A stretch of DNA of 64,000 nt from Entomortierella parvispora E1425 (lineage: Eukaryota > Fungi > Mortierellomycota). The stretch lies in contig BQFW01000007.1 of NCBI GenBank assembly GCA_020891255.1, positions 2,666,001 to 2,730,000 of the forward strand. Reading direction: 5' to 3'. Positions within the stretch are counted from its first letter, which is position 1. Every line of letters begins with the position of its first letter. A program made the translations under genes and the position numbers. The notes beneath the pieces are model-generated. The model saw only the letters and a list, made by a program, of their open reading frames with translations. It was not told the origin of the DNA and did no database searches. This document shows positions 37,527 through 50,369 of the stretch, one piece after another.

Positions 37527-38260
37527 ACCAACCATGGATAAAAAAAAAAAAAAAAAAAAAAGCTCTTGAGGTCTGTGCGCGTTTTTTTTTCAAAAAGAGC
37601 CTCTGAAGAGGGACAAGTGTGGCAAAAAAAAAAAAAAAAAAAAAAAAAAGAGTTGTTGATAGCACTGGCCAACACCAGACTGCCTATTGTAAATAGCATC
37701 ATCCCATCCTCTGTTCATCTCTCGCGGTTCAAATAAAATTTGCAAGTTGACCAATTGACCTTTTTCAGACCATTGTGATCTGGCGGGTGTGGGGTGGTGA
37801 GTGGATTAACGCAGTCGTTCGGGGCTGAACATCCGAGTCTTGAATGGACAACAGAACGCAGAACACGCGATGGAATCAAGTCTGATTACCTAGTGCATTT
37901 CGAAGGATAACAACGCATGGAATTGTAAGCTTTTGCTGGGAAGATTGCTCGGGCAGACTGGTACCCCGCTAGTCTAAAAAGGCAACTCGATCGGATTCGA
38001 GGCAGGGGGTGGAATAGGAAGAGGAAGAGGAGAAATGGTTGAGTCGAGGATCACATCGCAAAACGAACGATCTAAACTCTGGGCCACATGCAGATCACAC
38101 AAAAACCAGGACTTTTAGAAAACGGCTGTGGGGAGGGGTCATTCATCCATTGTGGATGCTTATTTCTATTGAAGTCTAGATAATACAAAAACATTACATG
38201 AAAAAAAAAGTTCTAAATATCGTTACAAAAGGTCTTGACAGTCTTCTCTTCATACGTCCT

Positions 38261-41200
38261 TCAGGGCTTCTTGGCTTCGTTGGGGTCAACATGGAACCCA
38301 AGGTTCTTGTTGGCTTTGCGTCGTCCCTTTCCTGCGTCGCCATACAATCCATCCCACTTTTTCAACTCTATCAAACTCTCCATGTTCTCAGAGCTGGAAG
38401 GCGTGATCTGTGTCAGGGCCTTATCAAAGTGTCGCTTGCTAATGACCCGGACAGGAGAGGGTGGTGATGATAGATCGTCCCCAGGGATCTTTGCCTCTGT
38501 ATCCTGGGCTGCCTTCGATGCCTCAATGGCCTCCTTCTTGTACTGGAGCAAGAGAGGGGAAAGATCCAGAACCTTGTCGCCTGCGGGAGCCGTACCAGCG
38601 CCCGACGTAGGTGGAGTAATGCCTGAGTCGCCTGCGCCGCCAGAGAGCTCCAGCACTTCCTTCTCGATGCTTTCACGGACAGAAGCCAAAGCAGCAGAAA
38701 GGCACAGATTCTTCAAATCGCTTCCTGAAAAGAACTTCGTCTTCTTGGCAAGCTCTTTGATATCGAATCCATCCTCGAGTTTCTCCTGGGACAGATACAC
38801 ATCCAAGATCTTTTCGCGAGCCTCCTCAGATGGCAAGTCCACCAATATTCTCCTGGGCAAACGTCTCAGCACAGCGTCATCCAGATCAAAGGGTCGGTTC
38901 GTTGAAGCCATCACTACAATGCCGTTGTTCTGCCCGCTAGATCGCAAACCATCCCACTCGACCATGAACTGGTTCAAGATCTCGCGCTGACTCGAGTTTC
39001 CGCCTCCACCTCCTGGACCCCCGCCACTAGAGCCACGGGCTCGGAAGATAGAGTCGACCTCGTCCAAAAAGATGACACAGGGCGCGAGTTTACGGGCCAA
39101 GCTAAACATGGCCGAGACGTTCTTCTCGCCCTCGCCAACGTACATGTCAAAAATATCCGAGGCCTTGATCTCCAGCATGCGGGCCCCTGAAGACTTGGCA
39201 ACGGCCTTGGCCAGCAAAGTCTTTCCTGTTCCTGGAGGTCCAAACAACAGCAGTCCTGAAAGAAACTCGTTCTGGAGAAGACCATAAGAGAACAACTGAG
39301 GTCGGATCAAAGGCAAGGTAATCATGGTTTGAAGTGCGTGGACAGTTTCTGCTGGCGCTACAACATTGTTGAATGTTGTCTTGATTTTGTCTGCAGGGTA
39401 GCATGCATATAATGAATGTTAGTAAGGTCTCTAGAAGCTTCATACCATTACAAGACTCTTGCTCAATCTCTACCTGGATCAACAATGCTGTTGAGCAGCT
39501 TTCTTTCATAGCGGTCGCAGTCCTCTGGTAGGATCAAAGGCTTTGGTGGTTTCTTTTCACCATTCCAGTTGTAGTTGGCCAAGGTTTTCCTAAGAGTGGT
39601 GTTGGCGGTAACAGTCTCCATGGCGCTCTCGAGAATGCTCTTTGTAAGTGCAGTCGGCTGGGTCGACGATCCACCTCCCTGTTGCAACTGTGAGAGATAC
39701 AAGGATCCAAGAGCATTCGAAATGACTCTATAGACTTTTGAAAAGCCCCAGACTTCACTTCCGATGCCAGACAGTCCCCCAAACACATCCGCACTCGATC
39801 CTGATTTCTCCAGGTTCCCTCCTCTGAACCGCAAGACGGCATCCAAATTCCGGCAATTGATTTCCTTGATCCTTTCAGCCTTATCCCGCCGCAAAAGTCT
39901 GGCATTCTCCGCTGCATTCTTTTGTTGAAGGATTTGGTCCGCTGACAGAGATGAGGCTCCGGAAGTATGCGTGTGCATGACGAGCAGCGGCGGTATTGAG
40001 ATATGGTGGAACGTTTGAGTTGGTCCTGGGAAGCTCTCGTAAAGGAGCGAGGAAAGAGAGTTGGATCCAAGAGAGGAACTTGGGTGGCTATGGCCTGCAG
40101 GCGATCTCAGTTTCTGAAGAATGGTGATAATAGGAACATCGGCAAGATCCGAGTCCAACGAGAGTCCTCCAGAGCTGCCATCCAACTTGTTGGACGATCC
40201 TTCCGTATCCTGGTGAAGGGCGGTCAACAATGAAGGCGAATGTCCTGCGACGATCATAACATTATGTCCTGCCTTCCGAAGAGTGATCACTGAGCTGCTC
40301 AATGCCGGGATCAGCATCGACCCAAGTGATGTATGGATAATGTCGGCAATGTCCTTGAGATATAATACTTTTGGTGCCTTTTTTGATCGTGGACTGGCGG
40401 GGGCTTGTGAAGCTGGCTCGGCTAGAAGAAGTGACGTCCAGAACTTTTCAAACTTTTCCTTGAGGGTGACTGTAGAACTTGGGCCGTTTCCATGTCGACC
40501 TTGACGGCTCCTAGCAAAAAGTCGAGAATCCACGAATAGAGCAGCGCGATCTGATCCTTGCTCGCCTTGATCGTCATTATCATCCATATCATCCAAGTCG
40601 TCATCGGAATCTTCATCGAGGTCTTCCAAAAACTCTACCGGGACTGGCGCAGTAACAAAGGGATTGAATCCCCGAGATAAATGATCCACAGGCCAGGGGT
40701 TCCCTAACAACAACGTAAACATCAGTCATCTTTTTTCTATGGTATTGTTCAACCTTGTTTGCTCGCATGATGCAAGTTGCCCCTTACCAGCTCCTTTGCC
40801 GTTAAACATGTCTGAGGTGAGCTCCATAAGATCCTGGACATCCACTGTGACAACATCCGCGCCAATTCTCTTTGCAGCCGCCATGGTAACGGTTTCCAGC
40901 AGTTGAGAAGATCCTTCGGACGGTGAGCTCAAGATTAGATTGTTATGTCGAGCTGGCATCCTGTGGATGAAGGTCTGGGTCGCATTCGGGGCCAATAAAC
41001 TGGAAGCCATCGAGTTCACCACCTCGGTCAGGATTCCATCGTGGACCTTATAAGAGATCGAGGACAGATCGTGAGGGTTCTTTGACGCAGGAACATAATG
41101 TGTCGACAGAAAGGTGTCTGGGATTGAAGGCACATAGACCTTGGAGGCCGTATCTCCTGGCTGTGATCCTCTGCCACCAACGCCTTTGCCTGATCCCCGA

Positions 41201-41490
41201 GCTGTCCTGAGTCTCCGCCTTGCTGCAGCTGTTGAGGCCGCAGAGATAGATGTTCGAGAGGTGCTGGTAGAGAGAGGATCGGATGAGCTGGCACCTTTCT
41301 GGGTGGAATCAGGGACGGAAGTCGGGGTATCTTTTGCAGGAGCAGTGGGCTCCTTTGGGGGACTGGTGGCAGGCGGGGCCGAGGTGAGGAAGCGTACGGA
41401 AAGTGGCTTGTTCAGGGGACGGAGATGGCAGCAGGCCGGACGGGTTCTCCTGAGGGATCCCGTCGCAGTAGTCCTGATGAGCGCAAGCAT
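38261..41490 (-). CDS. Mitochondria-targeted AAA+ ATPase (Msp1/ATAD1/spastin-clade, long form), 3 exons
   Basis: The N-terminus is an Arg-rich presequence-like segment. Motifs include Walker A GLLLFGPPGTGKTLLAKA, Walker B VIFLDEVD and SRH STNRPFDLDDAVLRRLPRR. Confidence 0.88.
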
Positions 41491-42425
41491 GCAGTTGCAG
41501 TGGGTCCAGTCCGATAGGTCCGATGGTACTAGTCCTGATGGGATGAGAGAAGGAAAAGTGCTGTGCGATTGATTGTCAATGGTTCTCTTTCATGTCTGCA
41601 TGAGAAACCGATCTGGGAAGGGGAAAGGACGAAAGACAGTCACGTCTGCGGAAGGAGCAAGGGAAAGGTGTTCCTAGGCGACGCGCTCTTTTTGGGCAGA
41701 GTAAAGGAAGGGAGAAGGAGAATGACAAGGGTAGAATCTCTGTCCTGTCTTGGGAAGGACTTGCCCTAGAGCAAGGCATCCTGTCCTATGGGGATATCAG
41801 CTCGGTCCTGTATGTGGAGACCCTATGTCATGTAGACTATGTCATGCTAGGCAGGGGTAAGAGAACCAAGTCTGGTACCTCCCACGGTCGGGCTATCGTC
41901 TGCTGTGAGGTGGTGTGTTTGTGGGCAGAGTGACAAAGCGACAACGCGACAGAAAAGACAAGGATGGTGATAATGACAATGACAACGATAAGGACAAGGA
42001 CAAGGACAGCAAACAAAGCACAGGAGAGGCACCCATGAACCCATGGACCCAACCCCCTTTAATTCTGTCTGCCCCCCTTCGATCTGATCTGTCAGGTGCA
42101 AGGTGGAATCACTGTGGTCGACCACCCAAACAAAGGGAACGACTTTCTCTCTCTCTCTCTCCCTTCTTCTTTCGTTGCTTCTTTTCTCTCTTCTTCCATC
42201 TCTCTCATTCCATTCCATTCCCTCCATTGACTCCCTTCTTTCAACTCAACTTTTCTTTTTCCCATTCCGGAGGCATTCCTGCGATCAACCTTCGAGAACC
42301 ATCGATAAATTTTCTGCTGTAGATCCATTCTCAGGAACGAGGGACTCGGTATTGCTACTGCTATCAAAGGATCAAGACCGCATCCCAACAGAGCATAGTC
42401 AACCCACTCACGCAAACACGTACGC

Positions 42426-45400
42426 ATGGCAGAAGTCGTCCGATCGACCGCCTACAGGGGGGTCATTGTCGATGCCGTGGCCCAGGCCGCTTTTAACGAG
42501 AAGAAATGGGTCTGGGTGGAAGATAAAGACGAAGGCTACCTTTCTGCCTGGGTTGCCAAGGAAAATGGGGACCAGTACGAAGTTCACCTCAGCAACGGAT
42601 TGGTAAGAGCATGCAAGGCAACATTTTTTGCTCTTCTTTCCGGTCTCATCCACTTTGGCTGGCTACTTACTCCTTTGTCATAATATGCTGGGTGGGAGCT
42701 TAGGTCAAGACCGTGGACAAGAATTTGACTGGCAAAATGAATCCGCCAAAGTTTGACAAAGTCGAGGACATGGCTGACCTGACGTACTTGAACGAAGCCT
42801 CGGTCATTCATAACCTTCGACTGCGCTACCACTCCAACCTCATCTATGTAAGGAACTCGTGCTATTCCTGTTGACCGCCCCTGCGCTATTGTCCCACGCT
42901 GGAGCCACGAGGACAGGCGAAATGTCCCCTATTTTTTTTTTTTACCTTGTACAACGATCCGTTCTATGCGGTCGTCATTCAAATACAGTCCGTAAACAAC
43001 GTAGAAGTGAAAGGGGGCTGTGAGACTAATCGACCTCTTCCCCTTTTACAGACATACTCTGGCCTCTTCTTGGTAGCTGTCAATCCATATCGTAAACTTG
43101 GTATCTATACCGATGAGGTTGTCTTTGCCTACAGACACAAGAAAAGACATGAGATGGCCCCTCATATCTTTGCTGTCTCCGATGCCGCCTACCACGATAT
43201 GCTTCAGGACCGCGATAACCAGTCAATCTTGATCACGTACGTATAGCATATATGGAATCTACAGCTCGAGAGTCTGACCTCATTGTTCTAATTCCTTTGT
43301 TGTTTTGCAGAGGAGAATCTGGTGCAGGAAAGACCGAGAACACCAAAAAAGTCATTCAGTATTTGGCCTCAATTGCTTCGGACAAGGGCAATAAAATTGG
43401 CAAGCTTGAGAGTCAGATCCTACAAGCCAATCCCATCCTCGAGTCCTTTGGAAATGCTCAGACGATCCGTAACAACAACTCTTCTCGATTTGTAAGTTGT
43501 TTTTCAATGATGTGTATTTAAAATCATCCAGGCAAGATGGACCCGGAAAGCTGATATACCCATTCTCTACACAAATGGATACATCTGTTTGACAGGGCAA
43601 GTTCATTCGTATCGAGTTCACCTCAGCTGGACACATCGCAGGAGGAAATATTGAGCGCTACCTCTTTGAAAAGTCGCGTGTCACGTACCAAACACGTCAA
43701 GAGAGGAACTACCATGTCTTTTATCAGCTCATGGCTGGCGGACCTGCAGATGTCAAGAGTAAGTTTGACTCGCACTGACTGCTCCCTCCACGCAGTTGGA
43801 AAAAGAGCGAAATCCTGGTGACTTACAGCCTCTCGACCACCTATAGAACCGCTGCTGTTGGATGGTGGCCTGTCTGATTACGGCTATGTCAAGAATTCGA
43901 ACCATGTCATCGCAGGCGTCGATGATGGAGAAGACTTTAGACTCCTCTTGGTAAGCAAACTCCACTTTTCTTTTGTATTTTGACCGTTTGGCTACGACCA
44001 TGCGCGCAACTGTGCAACCTATATTCTAACAGCAAAACGTTACTCTGCTTATAGGAATCCATGGATGTCATGGGCTTTACGAAACAAGAGCAGCACAATC
44101 TATTCCGTATCATTGCCGCGATTTTGCATCTTGGTAATATTGTCGTGACACAAGATCGATCTGATCAAGCTCAGCTTAAGGACACGTCTGTGGCTGAAAA
44201 GGTCTGCCACGTTCTTGGCATCCCTCTCTCCGAGTTTGTCAAGGGACTTTTGAGACCTAGAGTCAAGGCAGGTCGAGAGTGGGTCGTCCAGGCCAGGACA
44301 GATCAACAAGTCCTGTACTCGATTGAGGCTCTCTCTACTGCACTTTATGAGCGCATGTTTGATTCTATTATTGCCAGAATCAACCAAGCCATCGATACCC
44401 CCGGCAAGAAGTTCACTACGTTCATCGGTGTTCTCGATATTGCTGGTTTTGAAATTTTTGAGGTAAAGGCCACTAGCAGAGTACCAGAGAGGGTGAAATG
44501 TGCACCTGTCTTCGCCATACTTTACTGTCTTGCTCACGTCTTTCTATACGAACTCCTTGTTTGATAGGTCAACAGCTTTGAGCAGCTTTGTATCAACTAC
44601 ACGAACGAGAAACTCCAACAGTTTTTCAACCATCACATGTTTGTCTTGGAGCAAGATGAGTACAAGCGCGAGAACATCGAGTGGCAGTACATGGACTTTG
44701 GTCAGGATCTGCAACCAACCATTCAGTTGATCGAAGATTCAAATGTAGGTTGCAACCCGTTTGATTGACCCACCTTCTGTGCCAATACTGACTTGCACCT
44801 GCGTTAATTCAACAATGATCTTTTTAGCCCATCGGTATCCTCTCATGTTTGGATGAAGAGTGCGTTGTCCCCAAGGGAACCGACAAATCCTTCTTGACCA
44901 AGCTCACCAAGCTCTGGAACGGAAAATCCGATAAGTACGAGGCTCCTCGGTTCCAAGAGGGCTTCATTCTCCACCATTACGCCGGCAAGGTTGAATATAG
45001 AACTGATGGATGGTTGGACAAGAACAAGGACCCCCTCAATGAAAACATCACCCGTCTCTTGGCCCACTCCAGTGAAAAATTTGTGGCCTCTCTCTTCACC
45101 GATTACTTGGTCGAAGAAGAGGACTTCACGGTTCGAAACCGCGCCAAGAAGGGCGCGTTCCGTACGGTGGCTCAGAGGCACAAGGAACAATTGCGTTCGC
45201 TGATGGATCATCTTCACGGAACTCGACCCCATTTTGTCCGCTGTATCCTTCCAAATGAGGAAAAGAGAGCTGGCAAGATCCATGTCCCACTGGTTTTGGA
45301 CCAGCTGCGATGCAACGGTGTGCTGGAAGGTATCCGTATTTGCCGAGCTGGATTCCCTAATAGGATCCTCTTTGCAGAGTTCAGACAGCGGTATGAAATT

Positions 45401-48400
45401 CTATCGCCACCAGGACTCATCCCTGCAGGTTACATGGATGGCCGCGTTGCTGCACAGTCGTTACTGGAAGCCCTGGAGATGGACAAGACCCAGTATAGAG
45501 TCGGCACGAGCAAAGTTTTCTTCCGGTCTGGTGTGGTAATGTTCCGAATTCTATACTCACGATTTGGAGTTGATAGGGTGCCTCTTCTTACATTCCTTCG
45601 TTCCAATCATCTTGTTTATTTGTTTTTAGCTGGCTGAACTGGAAGATATTCGGGACCAGAAGCTGTCTCAGATCTTTGCTAAATGTCAAGCCCTCTGCCG
45701 TGGCTACCTTGCACGTCGCCATCTCAACCAAAAGATTGACAGAGCCAAGGCCATCAAAATCATCCAGCGCAATGCTCGTGTCTATGTTCAGTTGCGAGAA
45801 TGGTCCTGGTGGAAGATGTATGTCCGCATCAAACCTCTCTTGAACGTGACCCGAGTCGCTGAAGAATTGCGAGAGAACCAAGAAAAGGTTCGGATCCTGG
45901 CCGAGAAACAAGAACAAGAGGCGGCGGCCAGGGCTAGACTTGAGGAGGCGAGTCGTGCTCACGAGGCTGAAAAGGCTCGACTGGAGGAATTGTTGGAGAC
46001 GGAGAGAAATCTGTCCATTGACAACGAGCAGATCTTGATCCGTACCCAAGCCAGGGCTTCGCAGCTGGAGGACAGAGTTCGGGAGATTGAATCGGAACTG
46101 GCGCAAACAGAGGCTCAGTTGGAGGAACTTACCATCGCCAAGGCCGAAGTGTCCTTGCTTTCAAAGCAGCTGGAAGAAAGGGTAGCAGAGCAAACCGAGA
46201 CTTTGGAGCGACTGGAAAAAGAGAAGTCAACCAAGGAGATTGAGCTCAAGCACGTCCAAACGGCCTGGAACAACGATACCGCCATGGTTCAGAAACTCGA
46301 GGGCGAGAAGCATGCACTTGAGGCCCGCTTAGAGGAACTCCATAAGGAAGTAGATGAAAAGGACCTGGAGCTCGAAAGGGTTCGTCTCCGACTCAAGAAC
46401 ACGGTTGAGGAGCTCGAGAGCAAGATTGAGGCCGTCGAGAGTGAGAGATTGGCGTTCAAGAACAAGCACATGGCCGCCGAGACTGAACTCAAACAGGCCA
46501 AGGAGCAAGCCATTGATCTCGCCAGGACTTGCACCAACCAGGAAAAGCAGATCCAAGACAAGTCTGCGCGTTTGTCGGCCCTCGAGTCTGAACTGGAGCG
46601 AGAGAAGAACAGCGGCGAGAAACTCAGACGCGACCTGCTGGTCAAGCTGCAGCAGAACGAAGATGAACTTGAGTCTGAAAGACATGAACTTGCCAAGCTC
46701 GAGAAGATTCGCTCCAGACTTGAGGAACAGCTGGACGAGACCAAGCGTAGCTTGGAGGCCAAGGGTGACGAAGAGACCAAGCATTCGGAACTCCAGAAGA
46801 TGCGGGAGACTGAACTTTTGGGACTTCGAGAAGAGATCCAGACGCTTCAACTCGAATTGGAGGAAAGTCGCAAGAGGTTGACAAACCAAAGCGAGGCCCA
46901 CCGAGAGGAGATTGAAGAGCTGTCGCAAGAGCACGACACCGTGACCATGACCAAGAACTCGCTCGAGAAGCAATTGGCCGAGATGCAGAGCCATGTGGAA
47001 CGGCACGTCCAGGTTGTCGATAACTGGCAAAAAACCTTGAAGCAGACCACGAACGAGCTCCAAGTGTCCAGGAATCGTGAGACTGAACTCGAGTCAGCCT
47101 TGGATCAAGAACGTTTGACAAAGGAGAGCTATCTCCGGCAGCTCAGTACTGCCAATTCTCGCAACGATGATACCAGTGAGCGTTTGACGCGTCTAGAACG
47201 TGACAAGGCCTCGAACCAGAAACAGATCGACTTCATGAGGGAAGAACTCGAGGAAGAGACTCAACGTCGTAAGCAGGCTGAGAGTAGTCGTCGAGAACTT
47301 GAGCTGGAGTTGGAGGAACTCCGTCGGCTCCGGGATGAAGATGAGGTCTGCAAGGCCGAGTTCCAGCGCAAGGCCACTACAACGACAGCCGAGCTAGACG
47401 AACTCAAATTCAAGTATGAGAATGAGGCACTGGAGCGAACCACGGAGCTTGAAGAAGCCAAGAGGCGACTTGAAAAGACTGTGGCAGAGCTTCAAACTCG
47501 CAATGAGGCCATGGCTCTGTCGGCTACCAATATCGAGAAGTCCAAGGCTCGCTTGACTGCCGAGGTGGAGGACCTGCGCCACGAACTTGAACGCGACCAT
47601 GCTGTCGCCCGTGCAGCCGAGAAGGCGTCCAAAGCCTTCGAGATCAAGTTGGCTCAGGCCAATGAGCAGATCCAAGTCGCTCAGCACTTGCGCGAGATGG
47701 CTGAATCGAACGGCCGGAAACTTCAGACTACCTTGGAGAGTCAAAAGGCCGAAATTGAAGAGAAGACCCTCCAAATTGCAAACCTGTCGCGCTCTAAGGC
47801 CGAGTTGGACCGGGAACTCGAGTCGATTATTAACGAGTTTGGCACGAGCGGCAAGAATGCCCATGAGGTGGAAAAGATCAAGCGCAAGTTTGAGGCTGAA
47901 ATTCAAGAGCTCAAGGATGAGTTGGAGAAGGAGCAGAACGCCCGTTATGGAGCCGAGGAACTCAAGCGCCGCTTCGAGGAACAGATTGCTGAATCTCGAC
48001 AGTCCATGCTCGCGGACATTGAAGCCAGGGACAAGCAACATGATGACTCCAAGAAGTTGCTCCTGGGTGAAGTGAATCAATTGGGCGATGCTCTTCAAGA
48101 AGCCCAGCGGGTCATTAACGAGAACAAGAAGGAAATCAACAGGCTCAACCAGCAGATTGAGGATGAGACTCTCAACCGCAGCAACTCGACTCGTTCCATT
48201 GGCGATATGGAGAAGGCCAAGAAGAGAGCCGAGGTCAGCCTACGGGAGTGCAACGTTAAGCTCGAAGCAGTCCTCAAAGAACAAAAGGAGATGAGCGAAA
48301 TGTCAGCCAGACACGAACGCAAGGCCAACAACTTGCAGACCGAGCTGGAGATTGTCCAAGACGAAAAGGAGCAGCTCGAGAAGCAAAACAAGCAATTGGC

Positions 48401-50369
48401 AGCTGAGGTCGAGAGCTTGCGCCTTGATTTGGACGGCGGAGACGACTCTAAGGCTGGTCTGTCCGAGAGACTCAAGAAACTCGAGCGGGAGAACAAGCGT
48501 TTGCAAGAGTTGGTCGATGAGGAAGCTGACACTCGCGAGATGATGTTTGCGGCCAAGAAGGGTGACTCTTCAGAACTCGAATACCTTACGACCAAGGTCC
48601 GGGGAGAAATGGAAGATCGACTTCAAGGACTGGAAGAGTCTCGAAAGGCTGCAGTAGCCGCCCAAAGGATTGTTCAGCTCGAGCTGGAGGATAAGCTGGC
48701 CGAAATCTCCAATTTGGAGAAGCAGCGAAAGTCCCTGCAGGCGGATTTGGATGATATCAAGGCACAGTTGGAGGCCGAGATTCTAGCCAAGAACGAAGAA
48801 GCTGCCAGCAAGCGCAGGATTACAGCCGAGCTTCAAGATCTTCAAATCAAGACGGAGGCCGACGCCGTGAAGATGATTGAGCTTCAGGAATCTCTGCAGC
48901 TCTACAGGTCAAAGGCCGATAGCACACTAACCAAGCTTGAGACCGCAGATCTTATTCGACTCAAGGCCGAGAAGACCGAGGCTTTTGTTCGCATGCAACT
49001 CAAAGATCTCGAGGACTCTCTCCAAGAAGCAATTGAGCAGCGGAAGCATGCTGAGGAGCGGGCAGCAGCATACCAGCAGCAAATGCGCGAGCTGGAAGAC
49101 AGTGTAGAGGAGGATATCATCACGAACGCTGACTTGGCCACTGCTCGTCGTCGTCTAGACGAAGAGCTCGCCTCCGAGAAGGAGAAACATCGGAAAGAAA
49201 TTGAGGAGAACATGGTGAACATGGAATCAGCCAAGCGCAAGTACCAGAAGGAGATCCGACAACTGGTCACAGAGATTGAGCTCGAGAAGGCCAACGTCCA
49301 AAAGATGCGGGACGCCCATCGACAACTTTCAGCCGAGCTGCAGGAGGTCAACAACAAGTTCGAGGTTGAGATCCGTAGTAGTCAATCCTGGAAGAAGGAC
49401 AAGGAGCGTTTGGAGGCCAGGAACAACGATTTGAACCAGAGTTATCAGGATCTGCTTGCAGCTCAGGATGATCTTCAGGTTCAGATCGTGAGTCTTTTGT
49501 CGCAGGTGCGCGAAGTTCGGGCAGCATTGGATGAATCCGAGTCTGCAAGAGTTGCGCTTGAGAAGACGAAACGCGGACTGGAGCAACGATTGGACGATGT
49601 TGGTGAGCAGTTCCACACGGTTACCCAGAACAAGCAGATTGCAGAGAGGATCAAGATGGCCCTGGATCAGGAGGCAGGCGATCTTCGAGAACGATTGGAG
49701 GAGCAACAGTATATGGTAACGCTCAGCACCGAGAAGCTTCGCAAGGCCGAGTTAGCGGTTGTTGAAGCCCAGAACGAACTTGCCCAAGAAAAGGCTATTA
49801 GCGAGGAGAATCAACGCGCAAAGGCAAGTCAAATTCTGTGGAGGAACTTTTTTTTTTTTTTTTGGTTATTTTTCTTGTTTTTCTAATCTGATAGACATGG
49901 TGTCTGTTACTGCATTTAGGTTGCATTGGAGAAGCAAATTGTCGAACTTGGCACTCGTCTCGAAGAGATGGAGGCGGCTACACAGGGTAATGGTCCTCGC
50001 TCTGCAAGCGCCCTTCAACAAAAGCTGGATGAAAAGTCGGCTCTCTTGGACACAGAGATCCGGAACCGACAGGAAGCTCTTCGAGTCCAACGTCGCTCCG
50101 AGCGTATGGTGCGGGACTTGCAGCATCAGCTTTTGGAGAGAGACAAGCTCAAAGCGCGACAGGAAGATGATGCAGCCAAGATGGAGCAAAAGGTCAAGAC
50201 TCTTCGACAAAGGGTGGAGGATCTGGTCATGGCTGAGAATAACCTGACGATCGCCAAACGGAAGGCGGAGCGCGAGTCGATGGAGTCGAAGGAAAAGTCG
50301 GTGAGACTGGAGCGGGAACTGGAGAAGATGAGGGCAAAGATTGAGACTCGGTCCATTCCTGTGGCATGA
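42426..50369 (+). CDS. MYO1: Class II (conventional) myosin heavy chain, multi-exon
   Basis: It has an SH3-like N-terminus (KKWVWVED), [49 protein letters not shown] and IQ/WxWW motifs. A coiled-coil tail of about 1400 aa follows. Confidence 0.95.
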